Source: Lama glama
Taxonomy: Eukaryota
Reading direction: 5' to 3'
NCBI GenBank assembly: GCA_028534125.1
Contig: CM052817.1
Coordinates: forward strand, 41,108,001-41,172,000
Length of the DNA stretch: 64,000 nt
The notes below the pieces were generated by a model. The model ran no database searches, was not told where the DNA came from, and was given only the letters and a program-made list of their open reading frames with translations. This document shows, piece by piece, positions 1 through 11,184 of this stretch. The translations under genes and the position numbers were made by a program. Within the stretch, counting starts at the first letter, position 1. Every line of letters begins with the position of its first letter.

Positions 1-1084
1 TGGTTGTAAGTGTTCTCTGGTGGTTAAATGTCTTAAGTGTATACATAAGTGTGCCCATTCCTGTCATTTTCTGTCCTGGATCCCCCCTGTGAACACGGGA
101 CAATGTCACAAGGCGTATGATGCAGATAATCACATGACGTGGTGCACAGACATACTGAGAGCTTGTCATCAAGAGGAGTGTTGATGACAAGCTGGTGAGG
201 GCTCTGTTTCCCTCGTCCGGAGAGAGAAGCTGATGGGAGGGGGATTTCGGCATCCCAGCCTTGTCTGTCCGCACCGATGCAATCAGGTTTTGATAATTTA
301 GAGGCTGTTTTTCCGCTCAGTGAATGATTTAGGGCCTTTTACTCTGTGATTGCCAGCACTTCTTTCCCAAGAAGAGCAGAGGGAGGGGAAATGAGATGAA
401 ACTCCAACACGTCCATTTTCCAAGGCGTTGGCAGCTTTGCTGAGGGAGAATAACTTGCCTTGGAACGGTTTTGGGAGGAAGGATATTTACTGTATCTGAA
501 TCACTCTGTTCCTTAGAGTTGACGCAGATGAAGAATTTTTTTAGAAACCCTGGAAGCTGGAACTCTCGTTCCTGTGCTCCAAGTCTAGGACGTCCCCGTC
601 TCTGTGATGAAAGAGCTCGCCCAGCGCTGGGCGCCGTCGAACACACTGCTTCCTGAAACTCCTCCTCTTGTTTTCCTAGGCCTGAATCTTCTCACTTCTC
701 TCCTACCTGTTGACACATCCTTCGCCTCCTTTGCTGGTTCCTACTTTTCCCACTCAGCCCGGTGATGGGGGAGCTGCCTTAGGATCCATAGTCACCACCC
801 TTCTCTGCTCTGTCCTCTTCCCACTGCGATCCCACCCACTCCTCTGTCCTCACTCACACTTAGATCCTTTCCTGTCAGAAAACATCTCATTGCCTGCTGG
901 GTATCAACATGCTCACTTCTAGCAGGCGTCTAGGCTTCGTTAGTCAACAAACTAAACTATGGTCCCTCCCCCGCCTCTGCACCACCCAGGCCCCCAGTCC
1001 TCACAAGTGCTTGTCATCACTAAGGATTTCCTTTTATTGCTCGTAGAGCAAAAATTGCTTCACATTCTTTGAGAAAAAAAAATC

Positions 1085-1640
1085 TGGAAGGCACAGTTCC
1101 AATGAAAAGTACATATACCCTTTAACCCAGCAATCCCACTTTTGGGTTCTCTTATTGAAATCAAGGCATGTCTCTACATGAGAGTATGGGGGGAGGGTAT
1201 AGCTCAATGGCAGAATGCGTGCTTAGCATGCACGAGGCTCTGGGTTCAATCCCCAGCATCTCCATTAATAACAACAACAAAAGTTTATAGGTAAGCATGT
1301 TTATTGTCCATAAGCTTGGGAACAACCTAAATGCCCTTCTGGGGAGAACAGATGACAGTGAATTATAGCCACTGCAGCTATTTGATGTGAAAAGATGTCC
1401 TTGGTGTATTCTGAAGTCAAAAAGCAACTTGCAAAGTAGTATGTATAATATTATCTAATTATTGTACCAACAAAACAAAAATAGAAAAGTCCTATATGTA
1501 TATATGTGTTGTGTGCTTGAAAGGACACGAGGAAGGCCATGGAAGGATATTCAGCAGACGGTTAGTATTGTTTCCCTGGGCGGGGCAGCAGCCAGGAGGG
1601 CTGAGCATGTGTTGCTTTTGTAATATTTGGAAAAATATTT
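1085..1640 (+). mobile_element. Old L1 (L1ME-like) 3' fragment, interrupted by a SINE
   Basis: Degenerate L1 3' motifs 'catataccctttaacccagcaatcccactttt' and 'gggaacaacctaaatgcc' lie on either side of the SINE at 1188. Confidence 0.65.
1188..1282 (+). mobile_element. tRNA-Ala(AGC)-derived SINE (camelid Vic-1-like, short form)
   Basis: GGGGAGGGTATAGCTCAATGGCAGAATGCGTGCTTAGCATGCACGAGGCTCTGGGTTCAATCCCCAGCATCTCCA. Pol III A box 1200-1210, B box 1243-1253, AGC anticodon loop, genomic CCA, then an (AAC)n A-rich tail. Confidence 0.9.
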
Positions 1641-1649
1641 AATTGCTCA

Positions 1650-1857
1650 TCCTCCTGTATTTCTTGCTAGTCACTCAAGTAAGAATCTTAGCATCACCTA
1701 AGGCACCTCCTTCCCGCTTCCTGTTTCCAGTGAGTCATTGTTTTTGTGTTTGCATCCTCCACTAGATTATACATTTCACCGGGAGCCAGGAAGCGAGGGC
1801 CTTCTGCATCGCACTTGGCATATATCGCTCAGTATATGATTATTGATGTGAAATGAA
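1650..1857 (+). mobile_element. L2 3' fragment
   Basis: 'ccactagattatac...gcacttggcatatatcgctcagtatatgattattgatgtgaaatgaa' resembles the L2 3' terminus. Confidence 0.5.
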
Positions 1858-2379
1858 GGTTTCCGTGTCATTGCTCCATATTTCTATTATGTATATATCT
1901 CTAGGTTTTTATTTCTAACTCAGCATGATACCAGTGCTTTGATCAAAACCCTCAATGCACATCCCCTTCTTCCACCCCTGCTCTGGAAAATATGCCCTTG
2001 GAATATAAAGTATTACAAAATGTACCCTTCCATCCCAAGTTTGCTTATTTGCTCTTCTCTTATAGATATTTTTACTGAACTCTGCATCCTACTTTCTTTG
2101 TCATTTAGAATCCCTTGGATGGGAAGCAGATAAACAGGGGATAAGCAGCCCCATGAAGGGCTGTGCGCATATTTGCACTGAAATAAGCAAAGAACAGCAC
2201 GTGTGTCAAACATAATGATGAAGAATTTGGTCCAAACATCCAGGTGTCTCCTGAGGTCAAAGCTTTGGCAATATGAAACCACAACATTCAGACATTTTCG
2301 AACCAATTCTTAAAATAGTCTGATCTCTACACTAAAGATTACATAGGGAACGTTCTGCCACACCCAAGGGAACCTTTCA

Positions 2380-2437
2380 GCACACCCACGCCCTTCATAC
2401 ACCCACACCCACACCCACAGCCAAACACACACACACT
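2380..2437. repeat. (CCACAC)n/(CA)n microsatellite
   Basis: Visible tandem cacacc and ca units. Confidence 0.8.
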
Positions 2438-2921
2438 GTATTGAACTTTGCCTGAACCCCAACTTGCTGAATCATGATTTTGCTGGATTTGCTCCAGTGG
2501 CTTTCCAGGACTGATGGTTCACTTCTGAGTCGCCTAAAAGGGGAGTGGTAGACGTGCAGTCAGACTTGATGGGTGAATTGCTCCACCGATCTTTGTACCA
2601 ATTCTGCATATATTATTTTGGTCTGCATCCCAGAGCCTGGAACAGATTCTGATACAAAGATCTGCAATTGCCCATCCTCACAGTGTGTGGGATCACACAG
2701 CACACTGACCAGGCATGCAAATAAGCAAGTATATGGGATCTCTGAAAGCAGATTGAGTTCAGTGATCAGCATGCTGTTTATATCCCCAGCAGTTTTCGGA
2801 CTGAGAGTTTGGCATAATAGCAATATCCATCACGATGCTCCTGGAAGTTGTTGTGTATCACGATTGTCATTTTACTAATAGGGGAAGTGGAGACACTGAC
2901 TTATCCACAAAAATGCTGCTC

Positions 2922-3262
2922 ATAACAAATATATGATATCACTTATATGTAGAATCTAAAAAATCACACAAATGAACTTATTTACAAAATAGAAACAGAC
3001 TCACAGACATAGAAAACAAACTTATGGTTACTAATGGGGAAAGAGTCGGGGAGGGATAAATTAGGAATTTGGGATTTGCAGATACAAACTACTATATGTG
3101 AAATAGATAAACAACAAGGTCCTACTGTATAGCACAGGGAACTATATTCAATATCTTGTAACAATCGATAATGAAGAAGAAAATATATAGGTATAACTGA
3201 ATCACTATGCTGTGCGACAGAAAATAACACAGCATTGTAAATCAACTATACTTCAATAAAAA
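2922..3262 (+). mobile_element. 5'-truncated cetartiodactyl-type L1 3' UTR with degenerate TSD
   Basis: 'gatatcacttatatgtagaatctaaaa...agcacagggaactatattcaatatcttgta...aaatcaactatacttcaataaaaaa'. Flanked by aaaaatgctgctc (2909-2921) and aaaactactgctc (~3260-3272). Confidence 0.9.
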
Positions 3263-4715
3263 ACTACTGCTCGTGAGAGAATCCGGCATTCCACTGAAGA
3301 ATATAAACTCTGCAAATAGCGAAATCCATGAAGTTAAAAATAATTGACGTGAAACAGATTGTCCCTAAAGAATGCTGCCCTTTGTGATGTCATCCATACA
3401 GTTGTGATAGATCAATAAGTTCCAGGCTGAACATAACCAGCGGTTAGAATTTCATACCGGAATTATGCTTCTTGAACCCCTCTGTGTGTGGGTTCTGCAT
3501 TTTTAAGGGTTGATGTCAAGCTAATAACTGTTAGAGGACTGTATTTCCCTCTATTGGTAATGAATTCTGGATATGGCCTCTTTGCTCCAATCAGTTGACT
3601 ATTCTGATTGGAGTCAGCCCTTTGTAAAGATATTCTTATGTATCTTGGCTGTTTATTGAGCCCTCCTTCTCTACAACCCACCTCCCCAAATAAGCAGGAA
3701 ATACTACCCCAAGCGGCAAAATGTCCTCTGAGCGAGCATAATCTGCTAGCATCAGAAGTTAGTGAGAGCTTTGCCGGGGGAGAGGAATTAGAAATCAGAC
3801 CATAAAAATAAATGAATCTGTTTCCATAGTGACGGGAACCTTTCTCCTCGTAGTTTTTATCCCGTGCTCCCCCATGGATCCCTTAGGCAGAATAACAATC
3901 AACTCGAAGAAAACATTTTATTATCCTAATGGATTCTTAATTTAAAGCCAAAAGCCTTTAAATTATCTTCCCAAGGATACCATTGGCCGTAACTTTTGGA
4001 ATTGAATACCTGAACAGAGTTGCAGGAGGAATATCACTTTCCAGAATCCAGCCAAGCAGGAGAGGCGGGGTGGGGAAGACCTCGTGGGTTCCACAAGCGT
4101 TTTGTATGCAGCTTTCCTGATGGGTAACACACCTGTCATGTTAAATATTTCATTGGTGAAGGAAATGTGCATCTGTCTGTGTTCATCTGCTGAGTGGAAT
4201 TCTGCACCGATGAAGCGTGTATGCATGCAGTGAACACGACAGGGCTGCCTCATTACACCCCTAAATCGTATTCCACAGCAACTGGGGGATCTGTACTAGC
4301 AGCAAAGCCTGAGCCACTGCTCTTTACCCACCAGCCAGCTCCAGGGAGCCCTTTACCTTTGTTTCTGCAGCTGCGACTGGTCCTGCCTCTGCCCATCACA
4401 CTGAAGAGGCTGAGGGCAGCTGTAGTGTGGGAAGTGTGGCTGCAGAGACAAAGGACCCAGAGGAGCAAATTCCTGGGCAGAAATGTCCTAGGGTGCAGGT
4501 GAGAAACCAGATGGAAATGTCCTGGTCCGTATCAACATGGCAAAGTCTTAAGACAGGTGGTCGGTCCATGTGTGGAATGGTGCACAAATGGAAATTATTT
4601 CAGCGTTGTTGCAAAACCAAATGAAAAAGGTCTGAGTAAATACCCTTGTTTCTGTGAAGTCATCTCGATAGAAAAAAAGTCATGACTTCCTTCCTAAGTC
4701 CCTTATGAGTCCCTT

Positions 4716-4839
4716 ATATGTCCCAGTTTTCTTGGAAGGTTTAGGGTTTACTTCTGTTGTCCCAGGGTAATGATTAATGCCACCTCTTTCCATTCTCAAA
4801 AGTATCTTAAAGGTTTAAACAATAAATGAGGTCACCCTA
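4716..4839 (+). mobile_element. hAT-Blackjack MITE (MER94-like)
   Basis: 'atatgtcccagtttt...tgttgtcccagggtaatgattaatgcc...ttctcaaaagt...ggtcacccta', ending in the characteristic GGTCACCCTA terminal repeat. Confidence 0.75.
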
Positions 4840-5099
4840 CTTACAGTCCACAAATGTAAGTCTAATCTTCCACTGCAGACATTATCTCTCATTTCTTTCC
4901 ATAAATATTACGTGCTGTTTCTAGATGGATTTGTGCGACTTGCCCATAACGTAGCAGCTGCCAGGGGTAGGCCCTTTCGAGCTAAAGATAAGTGGAGCCA
5001 TGAAGACATGATCTCAAGATGAAAAGTGGAAAATGGAGTCGCTTTTTCCTTACATTTTAATACTTAAGTTGTATCATCAGAGCCCATGATTAGTTTTGC

Positions 5100-5213
5100 A
5101 CGCTAGATGCAAATTTCTCGAGGACAAAGAGAAAGTATTACTTATCTTTCTATCGCCAGGGGCACTGATAGGCGTTCAGTAGAAGTGTGTAGCTGCAGTC
5201 ATGAATGAATAAA
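5100..5213 (+). mobile_element. L2 3' end
   Basis: 'ctagatgcaaatttctcgaggaca...taggcgttcagtagaagtgtgt...tgaatgaataaat'. Confidence 0.55.
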
Positions 5214-5819
5214 TACAGTGGTAGTAAGGAGGGGATTTATTTGGGCTCAACATCAAGCGGACTGTGGAGAAGTGGAGTTGGGTACTAATACATGACAGCG
5301 GGATGGATAAGGCAGGAGGGAAAAAGGAATTTCAGGGACTATCATTTTTCTCTCTTCTCATCACTCATTAATTTTTTGAAATTACAAAATTATTACATGT
5401 TTACTGTATACAATTTAGGAATAGAAATAGGCAATTTAAAAAGATTTTAAAAATCGCTCACTTCCCAGAATAATCTAGATGGACTTTTTGGGGTTCTGGC
5501 ATGTCTTGTGTTTCCCACACATGTTCACACATGTGTGAATGTGTGTCTGTATATTCATGTGGTTTTCGGCACACCGTCTCTTATCAGCGTCACTGTTCTG
5601 GGGGGGCACTGCACTGTTGCCATTAGCAAGAATTTTCAGTAAGTACAGTCTACCACTGCTTCTTCAAATGGCAAATGAGAGCCTCGAATCATTTGGAGAA
5701 TTTAGGGGTGGGAGAGAAACTTGAAGAAAGTGTGGGTATTGTTTTCATTACTCTATTTGGACTCGAGTTTTCCATATCCTTTTCAAGGATGTTCTGCCCA
5801 AGTCTTCTAAGATCAAATG

Positions 5820-6210
5820 AGTACAGTTGGGAACACTGGATTTGGAATCGGAAGATTGGTACCTATACTCTGAATTTATCATTTATTTGTTTTCTGAACC
5901 TGGGCCAATTCTTTAACCAGTCTGAGCCTCAGCTGTATCACTGGGAAGGCATCTATTCTCACTACATCCCATCAATATTAGGATCCAATGAAATCAGAGA
6001 CTTACTTGATGATCTAGGCAGTGATCAGTAGATGGCGGCTGATGTTAAGAGCGGTAAATATATTCTTTATAGTTCCTTATGGAATGGTGTCGTCGTGAAA
6101 AACAAAAGGATTTAGGGCATGGAATTGGGCTTGAGACTGTACTTAGCCCACAGTGACTGTGATTTTAAGGCAATTTGTTTAACTTTTTTGAGCCGTTGTT
6201 TCCTCATCAA
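5820..6210 (+). mobile_element. Two adjacent MIR SINE fragments
   Basis: MIR core remnants 'ctgggccaattctttaaccagtctgagcctcag' and 'aggcaatttgtttaacttttttgagccgttgtttcctcatc'. Confidence 0.6.
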
Positions 6211-6254
6211 CTACCTGAAATCAATTATAGAGTGTTAAATTAACAGAGTTTCAT

Positions 6255-6338
6255 GTAGTAGTAGTAGTAATGATAATAATAATAATAATAATAATAACAA
6301 TAACAACAACAACATGCTGCTGGTGGTGGTGATGATGA
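6255..6338. repeat. Compound trinucleotide microsatellite (TAG)(TAA)(CAA)(TGG)(TGA)
   Basis: Directly visible. Confidence 0.9.
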
Positions 6339-6469
6339 ATTAGCGTTGCAGAGACAAGGAAGAGAAGAGGAAGAAGAGTTTATCATGCTGTTAGAAAGAT
6401 CGATGAGAAAATGACATTTTATTATTATTCCTTACGTCCCACACTTTCAAACTGAGGTCTGTCTTATTT

Positions 6470-6642
6470 CAGCTGATTGCAACCATGGCTGTGCATTAGC
6501 ATCCCTGGGAAAGTGGAGAAAAACAAGCCAAAACTAGTACCTGAGACCTTGCTGCAAGGTTCTGAGGGGTTACGTTGGATGTCATTATTTTTAAAAGCTC
6601 CTGAGATCGTTGTCATAAGCTGTCAGGGCTGAGAACCACTGC
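6470..6642. mobile_element. hAT-Charlie MITE (MER5-like)
   Basis: 'ggctgtgcattagcatccctggga...tttttaaaagctcc...agggctgagaaccactgc', ending in the MER5 terminal repeat. Confidence 0.7.
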
Positions 6643-6999
6643 TATATGTCCATGCATCCAGAAGGAAGCTACTGGTAAGAAGTCTGACTCATTTTCACAA
6701 CTCCGAAGTGCTTGGACAGGAAACGTGTTTGGACCCCAAACCCCATGTTGTCAAGAAGATGGAGAAGCCGGGGGAGGAGGCCAGTCCGTGGAAAGGAGCT
6801 TCCTCCCAAGTGCTGGGTGTTTACAGCACCAAGTTCACAGGCGGTGGTGCGCTCAGCTCAGCAGTGAGGCCTCATTGCGATTCTGGGCACTCAGCCCGTG
6901 TCTGGATAACTGCTGCAAGCCCCTCACTGTCTCCCGTCTCTAGTCTTAATCCTTGCAAAGCTGCTTTCCACACAGTCCAGCAGCAGAAGCCTGTTTGTT

Positions 7000-7550
7000 T
7001 TCTGCCCCTGCATAGCAAATCACCACCACCGTGGTGGCATCAAACCACACCCACTTGTCAGCACACATTGCTGGAGACACAGAGCAGCTGGATTCTCTGT
7101 TCAGGATCTCACCAGGCTGAAATCGAGGTGTTGGTTGGCTGTGTTCTCGGCTGGAACTGAAGATGTTGTTCCCAGCCCCTTCAGGTTGCTGATGGAATTG
7201 AGTTCCTTCTTTGTCAGATTGAGGCTCCAGTTACCCTCCTGCCTGTCAGCTAGGGGCCACCCTGAGCTTCCGCACACCATTCCCATTTCTTGTCACACAG
7301 CCCCTCCAGCAATGGAGAGTTTCCCTCATGCCAAATTTATTTCATGTTTTGAATCTCTTGTGCTCGGACTAGCTCAGCCCCTTTGAAGTGCTCACCTGAT
7401 TAGGGCAGGCTCACCAAGGATACTCTCCCTATCTTTAAGTCACTTGACTTGGGACCTTAATCACATCTGCAAAATTAGTATTTAATTCAATAACTGAGGG
7501 ATGATATGTGTACACAATGGGCTGGAAATTTGAGGGACTACCTTAGAATT
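7000..7550 (-). mobile_element. ERVL-MaLR solo LTR (MLT1E-like)
   Basis: 'tctcaccaggctgaaatcgaggtgttgg', 'tcagctaggggccac', 'gggaccttaatcacatctgcaaaat' and terminal 'ccttagaatt' match the reverse complement of MLT1. Confidence 0.8.
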
Positions 7551-7579
7551 ACAAAGTCCAAATATATGCTCAGAACTTT

Positions 7580-7885
7580 TCAGTGGGCACTCATTTTACC
7601 TACTAAATAAAGCCCATGCTCCTTAGCATGGAATCCAAGGCTCTAATGATCTGGCCTCTCTCTCCAGACTTACCTTTAGTTACCCTATGCCCTGCACCCT
7701 CCTCCAGCTTCATTATACATATCTGCAGCAATTTGTTCATGCTCCACGGCTTGGTACATTGTTTTGTTTCTCACTTCTAAGCTTTAGCTAATGCTGTTCC
7801 CTATGCTTAGGATGCCTTTCCCATCTGTACTTACATGAAAATCCTGTATGATCCAGCACAGGCTTCGTCTCCTCTAGACTTTCCC
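7580..7885 (+). mobile_element. L2 fragment
   Basis: 'ctccttagcatggaatccaaggctct..tgatctggcc', 'atgctgttccctatgcttaggatgcctttccc'. Confidence 0.6.
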
Positions 7886-7887
7886 TG

Positions 7888-8355
7888 GATTCATTCACTC
7901 AATACATATGTATTGAGCACCTCCTGTGTGCCATTTGCTGTCTCAGGCACAGGAGACATGGTACTGAATCTGGCAACGTCTCTCTCCCTCTTGCAATGCT
8001 TATCCATCAGTGGGGGAGACAGAAAGAACACAACAATAATGATGCAATCTGTCAGATGGTAGTAGTGCTATGAAAAAGAATCAAGCAAAATAAAGAGAGA
8101 AGGAGAGAGATGGGCAAGTTGTCAATTTATATACCATCAACTGGTAATGCTTCTGTCATAGGTGACATTTAAGCAGAGACCTGCTGGAAGTAAGGGAGTA
8201 AACATTGCAGAAATATGGGGAAGAGCCTCAAGGTCATTCCTTTCCATTTCTTTTGTCTCTATGATTTGCTGAATGGATGGATGCAAAAGAAAAAGAAAAA
8301 TGTTGTGGGCAGAGGGAACAGTAAGTACAAAGCTCTGAGGGACCAAGACTTCCAA
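7888..8355 (-). mobile_element. L2a 3' region
   Basis: 'attcattcactcaatacatatgtattgagcacctcctgtgtgcca...ggtgacatttaagcagagacctg...ggcagagggaacagtaagtacaaagctctgagg'. Confidence 0.75.
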
Positions 8356-8841
8356 TGCTCAGTTAATATTTGCGTGATCTGATGCGAGCAATTAGACTTT
8401 TCAGGGATGAACTCTAGCCACTGGAAGCTGAGAGGGAGGAGGAAAAATATAAGTCATGGACCAGTTCCTGGGCAGTGACACTGGCAAGAAAGAGTATCAT
8501 CAAGCACCAAGTAGTCTGATTCACTGCAGAGTATGGAGTCCTATGGGGTCTCTAGGCCCGAAATTGGGAAACTGAGGCTGGAAGCCTGGGTGTAGGAATG
8601 CTCAGCACATCGAGCACAAGGGACATGGAGACAAAAGGCCGACCCCTGGCTGTGGCTGCTGATGTGAGTTGTCATCCTCAACACTCACTTTGTGAGTCTT
8701 TATTGCCATTTATTTTATTTCATTGAAAATAATGGTTTCCAGGCCTGTTTCCTGACCTCCTGGAGGTGGGAATCAATAAAGATCTACTTTCTGTTCCGGG
8801 TTTCTGGCACAGTGGCCATCAAACAGTCTCCTCTGCATGGT

Positions 8842-10036
8842 TGTTGGTTTACAACCCAGGGAGCCTCCTAGGTAAAATTAGAAACTGGCCCCAGACACAG
8901 AGGGCAGGGAGAGACTGAAGAGTCGGACCACTCTGCATTGGTAGGTGGTAATTTTATTTTTATTTAATTTATATATTATTGAAGTATAGTCAACTTACAA
9001 TGTTGTATTAGTCTGTGTTGTACAGCACAGTGATTCAGTGATACATATATAATTCCTTTTCATATTCTTTTTCATTATAGATTATTTACAAGGTATTGAA
9101 TATACTTCCTCATGCTGTGCAGTAGGACCTTGTTGCTTATCTATTTTATATATAGTAATGTGTATCTGTAAATCCCAAACTCCCAATTTATCCCTTCCCA
9201 CCCTTTCCCCGCCCCCAGTAACCATAAGTTTGTTTTCTATGTCTGTGAGTCTGTCTCTGTTTTGTAAATAAGAACATTTGTGGATTTTTTTTTTTAGATT
9301 CCACATATAAATGATATCATATGACATTTTTCTTTCTCTTTCTGGTTTACTTCACTTAGAATGACAGTCTCCAGGTCTATCCATATTGCTGCAAATGGCA
9401 TTATCTTATTCTTTTTTATAGCTGAATAGTATTTCATTGTATAAATATACCACAACTTCTTTAACCAGTCATCTGTTGATGGGCATTTAGGTTGTTTCTA
9501 TGTCTTGGCTATTGTAAATAGTGCTGCTATGAACATTGGGTGCATATATCTTTAAAATTACAGTTTCCTTCAGATATATACTCAGGAGTGAGATGGCTGG
9601 ATCATATGGTAAATCTATGTTTAGTTTTTTAAGGAATCTCCATACTATTTTCCATAATGACTGCACCAAACTACATTCCCACCAACAGTGTGGTAGGGCT
9701 TCCTTTGGTAATTTTAGTAAGCAAAAGAATTTTAGAAGCAAGTAACATAGAGTTTTGTCTCGGGTAACTGCAAGACAAGTAGGTCTCTGCACCCACCCAC
9801 CAGAATCTTATAGTTGATATAGAGGCCCATCTTAATGGGGTTCAGTCACGTACACAGTTCAAATGGTCTCAACAACACATTGCTCTCTCAAGGCTGCATC
9901 CTTGAAATAGCTTTGGCTATGGGAACTGTGGGCAAAACATTCCAAGGACAGGGGAGGAGGTGAGGAGCCTCCGATTGCTGGGGTTCAGCCCACGGGTGAA
10001 TCAGTGGTCAGGTCCTCTCCATCACCCCTTCCAACA
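8842..10036 (-). mobile_element. Complete ERVL-class solo LTR (LTR52/LTR41-like), split by an L1
   Basis: Terminal inverted repeat TGTTGG...CCAACA. Perfect 5-bp TSD ATGGT (8837-8841, 10037-10041). About 435 bp once the L1 is removed. TATA-like and poly(A)-like signals are in LTR order on the minus strand. Confidence 0.8.
8957..9705 (-). mobile_element. 5'-truncated cetartiodactyl L1 (ORF2 C-terminus + 3' UTR)
   Basis: Minus-strand translation '[39 protein letters not shown]' is the L1 ORF2 C-terminus. Perfect 11-bp TSD TGGTAATTTTA (8946-8956, 9706-9716). Confidence 0.95.
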
Positions 10037-10129
10037 ATGGTCAAGTTGCCAAATGGGGTGGGTGAAGCATGAAGGCTACCAAGACCGATAGGATCTGGCC
10101 ATCAACCAGTCTTTTCTGATCGACCTTCT

Positions 10130-10680
10130 CAAGGTAACTTGGGGAAAACAGTGTTTGTTGTAGGGGTATATATTGATTTAGTGCTCTGTTTAGAACAAAA
10201 ACTGGAAAGCCCTCATGGTACAACTGTAGGGGGCGATAGAGTACACTCACTCCTTCTTTTCTCTCTCCTCTTTGTGGGCCCATCTCTGAGTGTTCACTTT
10301 GTTTTGCTTTATTTGCTATGAGCCTTCTTCTGCTTACTATTAGTTTCTGCTGCCTCGTAAGTTTGAATTGCATGTGCCTTTGGCTTGCCATGAACCCGAC
10401 TCTGCTTCATGGCTTTTTTCAGCTTCAGTTCAGATCACCAACTGATACACTCTGTCTGCATGACTTAATTCAAACTTAGGAGACAGAGAACTTAGTTGTC
10501 CCCGCTCATTTTTCTTTTCTTTTTTTTTAACAGCAGCAAGCCAAAGGCTTAGCTCAGCTCAGGTGCTCACCATTAGCTTAAGTACCTGAATTCTAGCTGG
10601 TAGGAGGAGGGAAACCAAGAAAAGGGAGTGTGCAGTATAAAACGGGGTGGCTTAGACGTCAGGGGCTGAGGGTGGGAAAT
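10130..10680 (-). mobile_element. Degenerate MaLR LTR (MLT1J/K-like)
   Basis: 'ttcaaacttaggagacagagaacttagttg', 'ctcaggtgctcacc' and overall MLT1-like wording; highly diverged. Confidence 0.4.
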
Positions 10681-11184
10681 ATTCTCTCACAAGACAGCAG
10701 AGGTGAGCAGACAGCAATTGACGTCTCTAATTCGAGGAGCAAGAGGGGTCCTTGAGGGGGAATTGAGAGCTAACTTGGGAGTTTAAATATCATCACTAAG
10801 TTCTGAGAGTCAAAAGAAGGTCTGTGAGGGAAAAATGAAACCAATATTCAGCCAAGTCCAGGTGGGGCTAGAAGGCGGTGGGCAGTGTCTCCCTGAAATG
10901 GCTGACAAGGAGCCCAAGGAGCATCTCCAGTGGAGGCAGAACTTAGCAGCTGTCACTCCCGTGCTGTTGGGCGATGGGAGAAACGGGGTGAGTCCTCAAG
11001 GCCGTACACATGTAGGGCGCTGTATTAGTCTGACCCAAGACAAGAGCTGAAGGGAAGCTGAGAGTTCATACACGTACAGGTAGTATGCTCCAGCGCTCTG
11101 GCCCTCAGGCACTGAAGACTGAACTTGGTGCCAGGCATTGTCGTAAATCCTGGGAATATGGCAGCTCTTCCTCACCCTTGACAC

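Noticed and set aside
1191..1264. Functional tRNA-Ala(AGC) gene (also 19145-19221)
   Set aside because: Extra 5' G-run, disrupted D and acceptor stems, genomic CCA, an A-rich tail instead of a T-run terminator, and (for the 1191 copy) insertion inside an L1 all indicate a SINE.
5524..5539. Palindrome TTCACACATGTGTGAA resembling a T-box dimer site
   Set aside because: The spacing differs from the Brachyury palindrome and it lies in CA/TG-rich low-complexity sequence, so chance is likely.
6708..7160. 150-aa plus-strand ORF
   Set aside because: GTG start, runs into a MLT1 LTR, and has no domain or splice support.
9487..9792. ORFs with protein-like content (also 9082-9327, 12754-12975, 13497-13838, 45987-46178)
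   Set aside because: They are L1 ORF2 or 3' UTR remnants from truncated insertions, not host genes.
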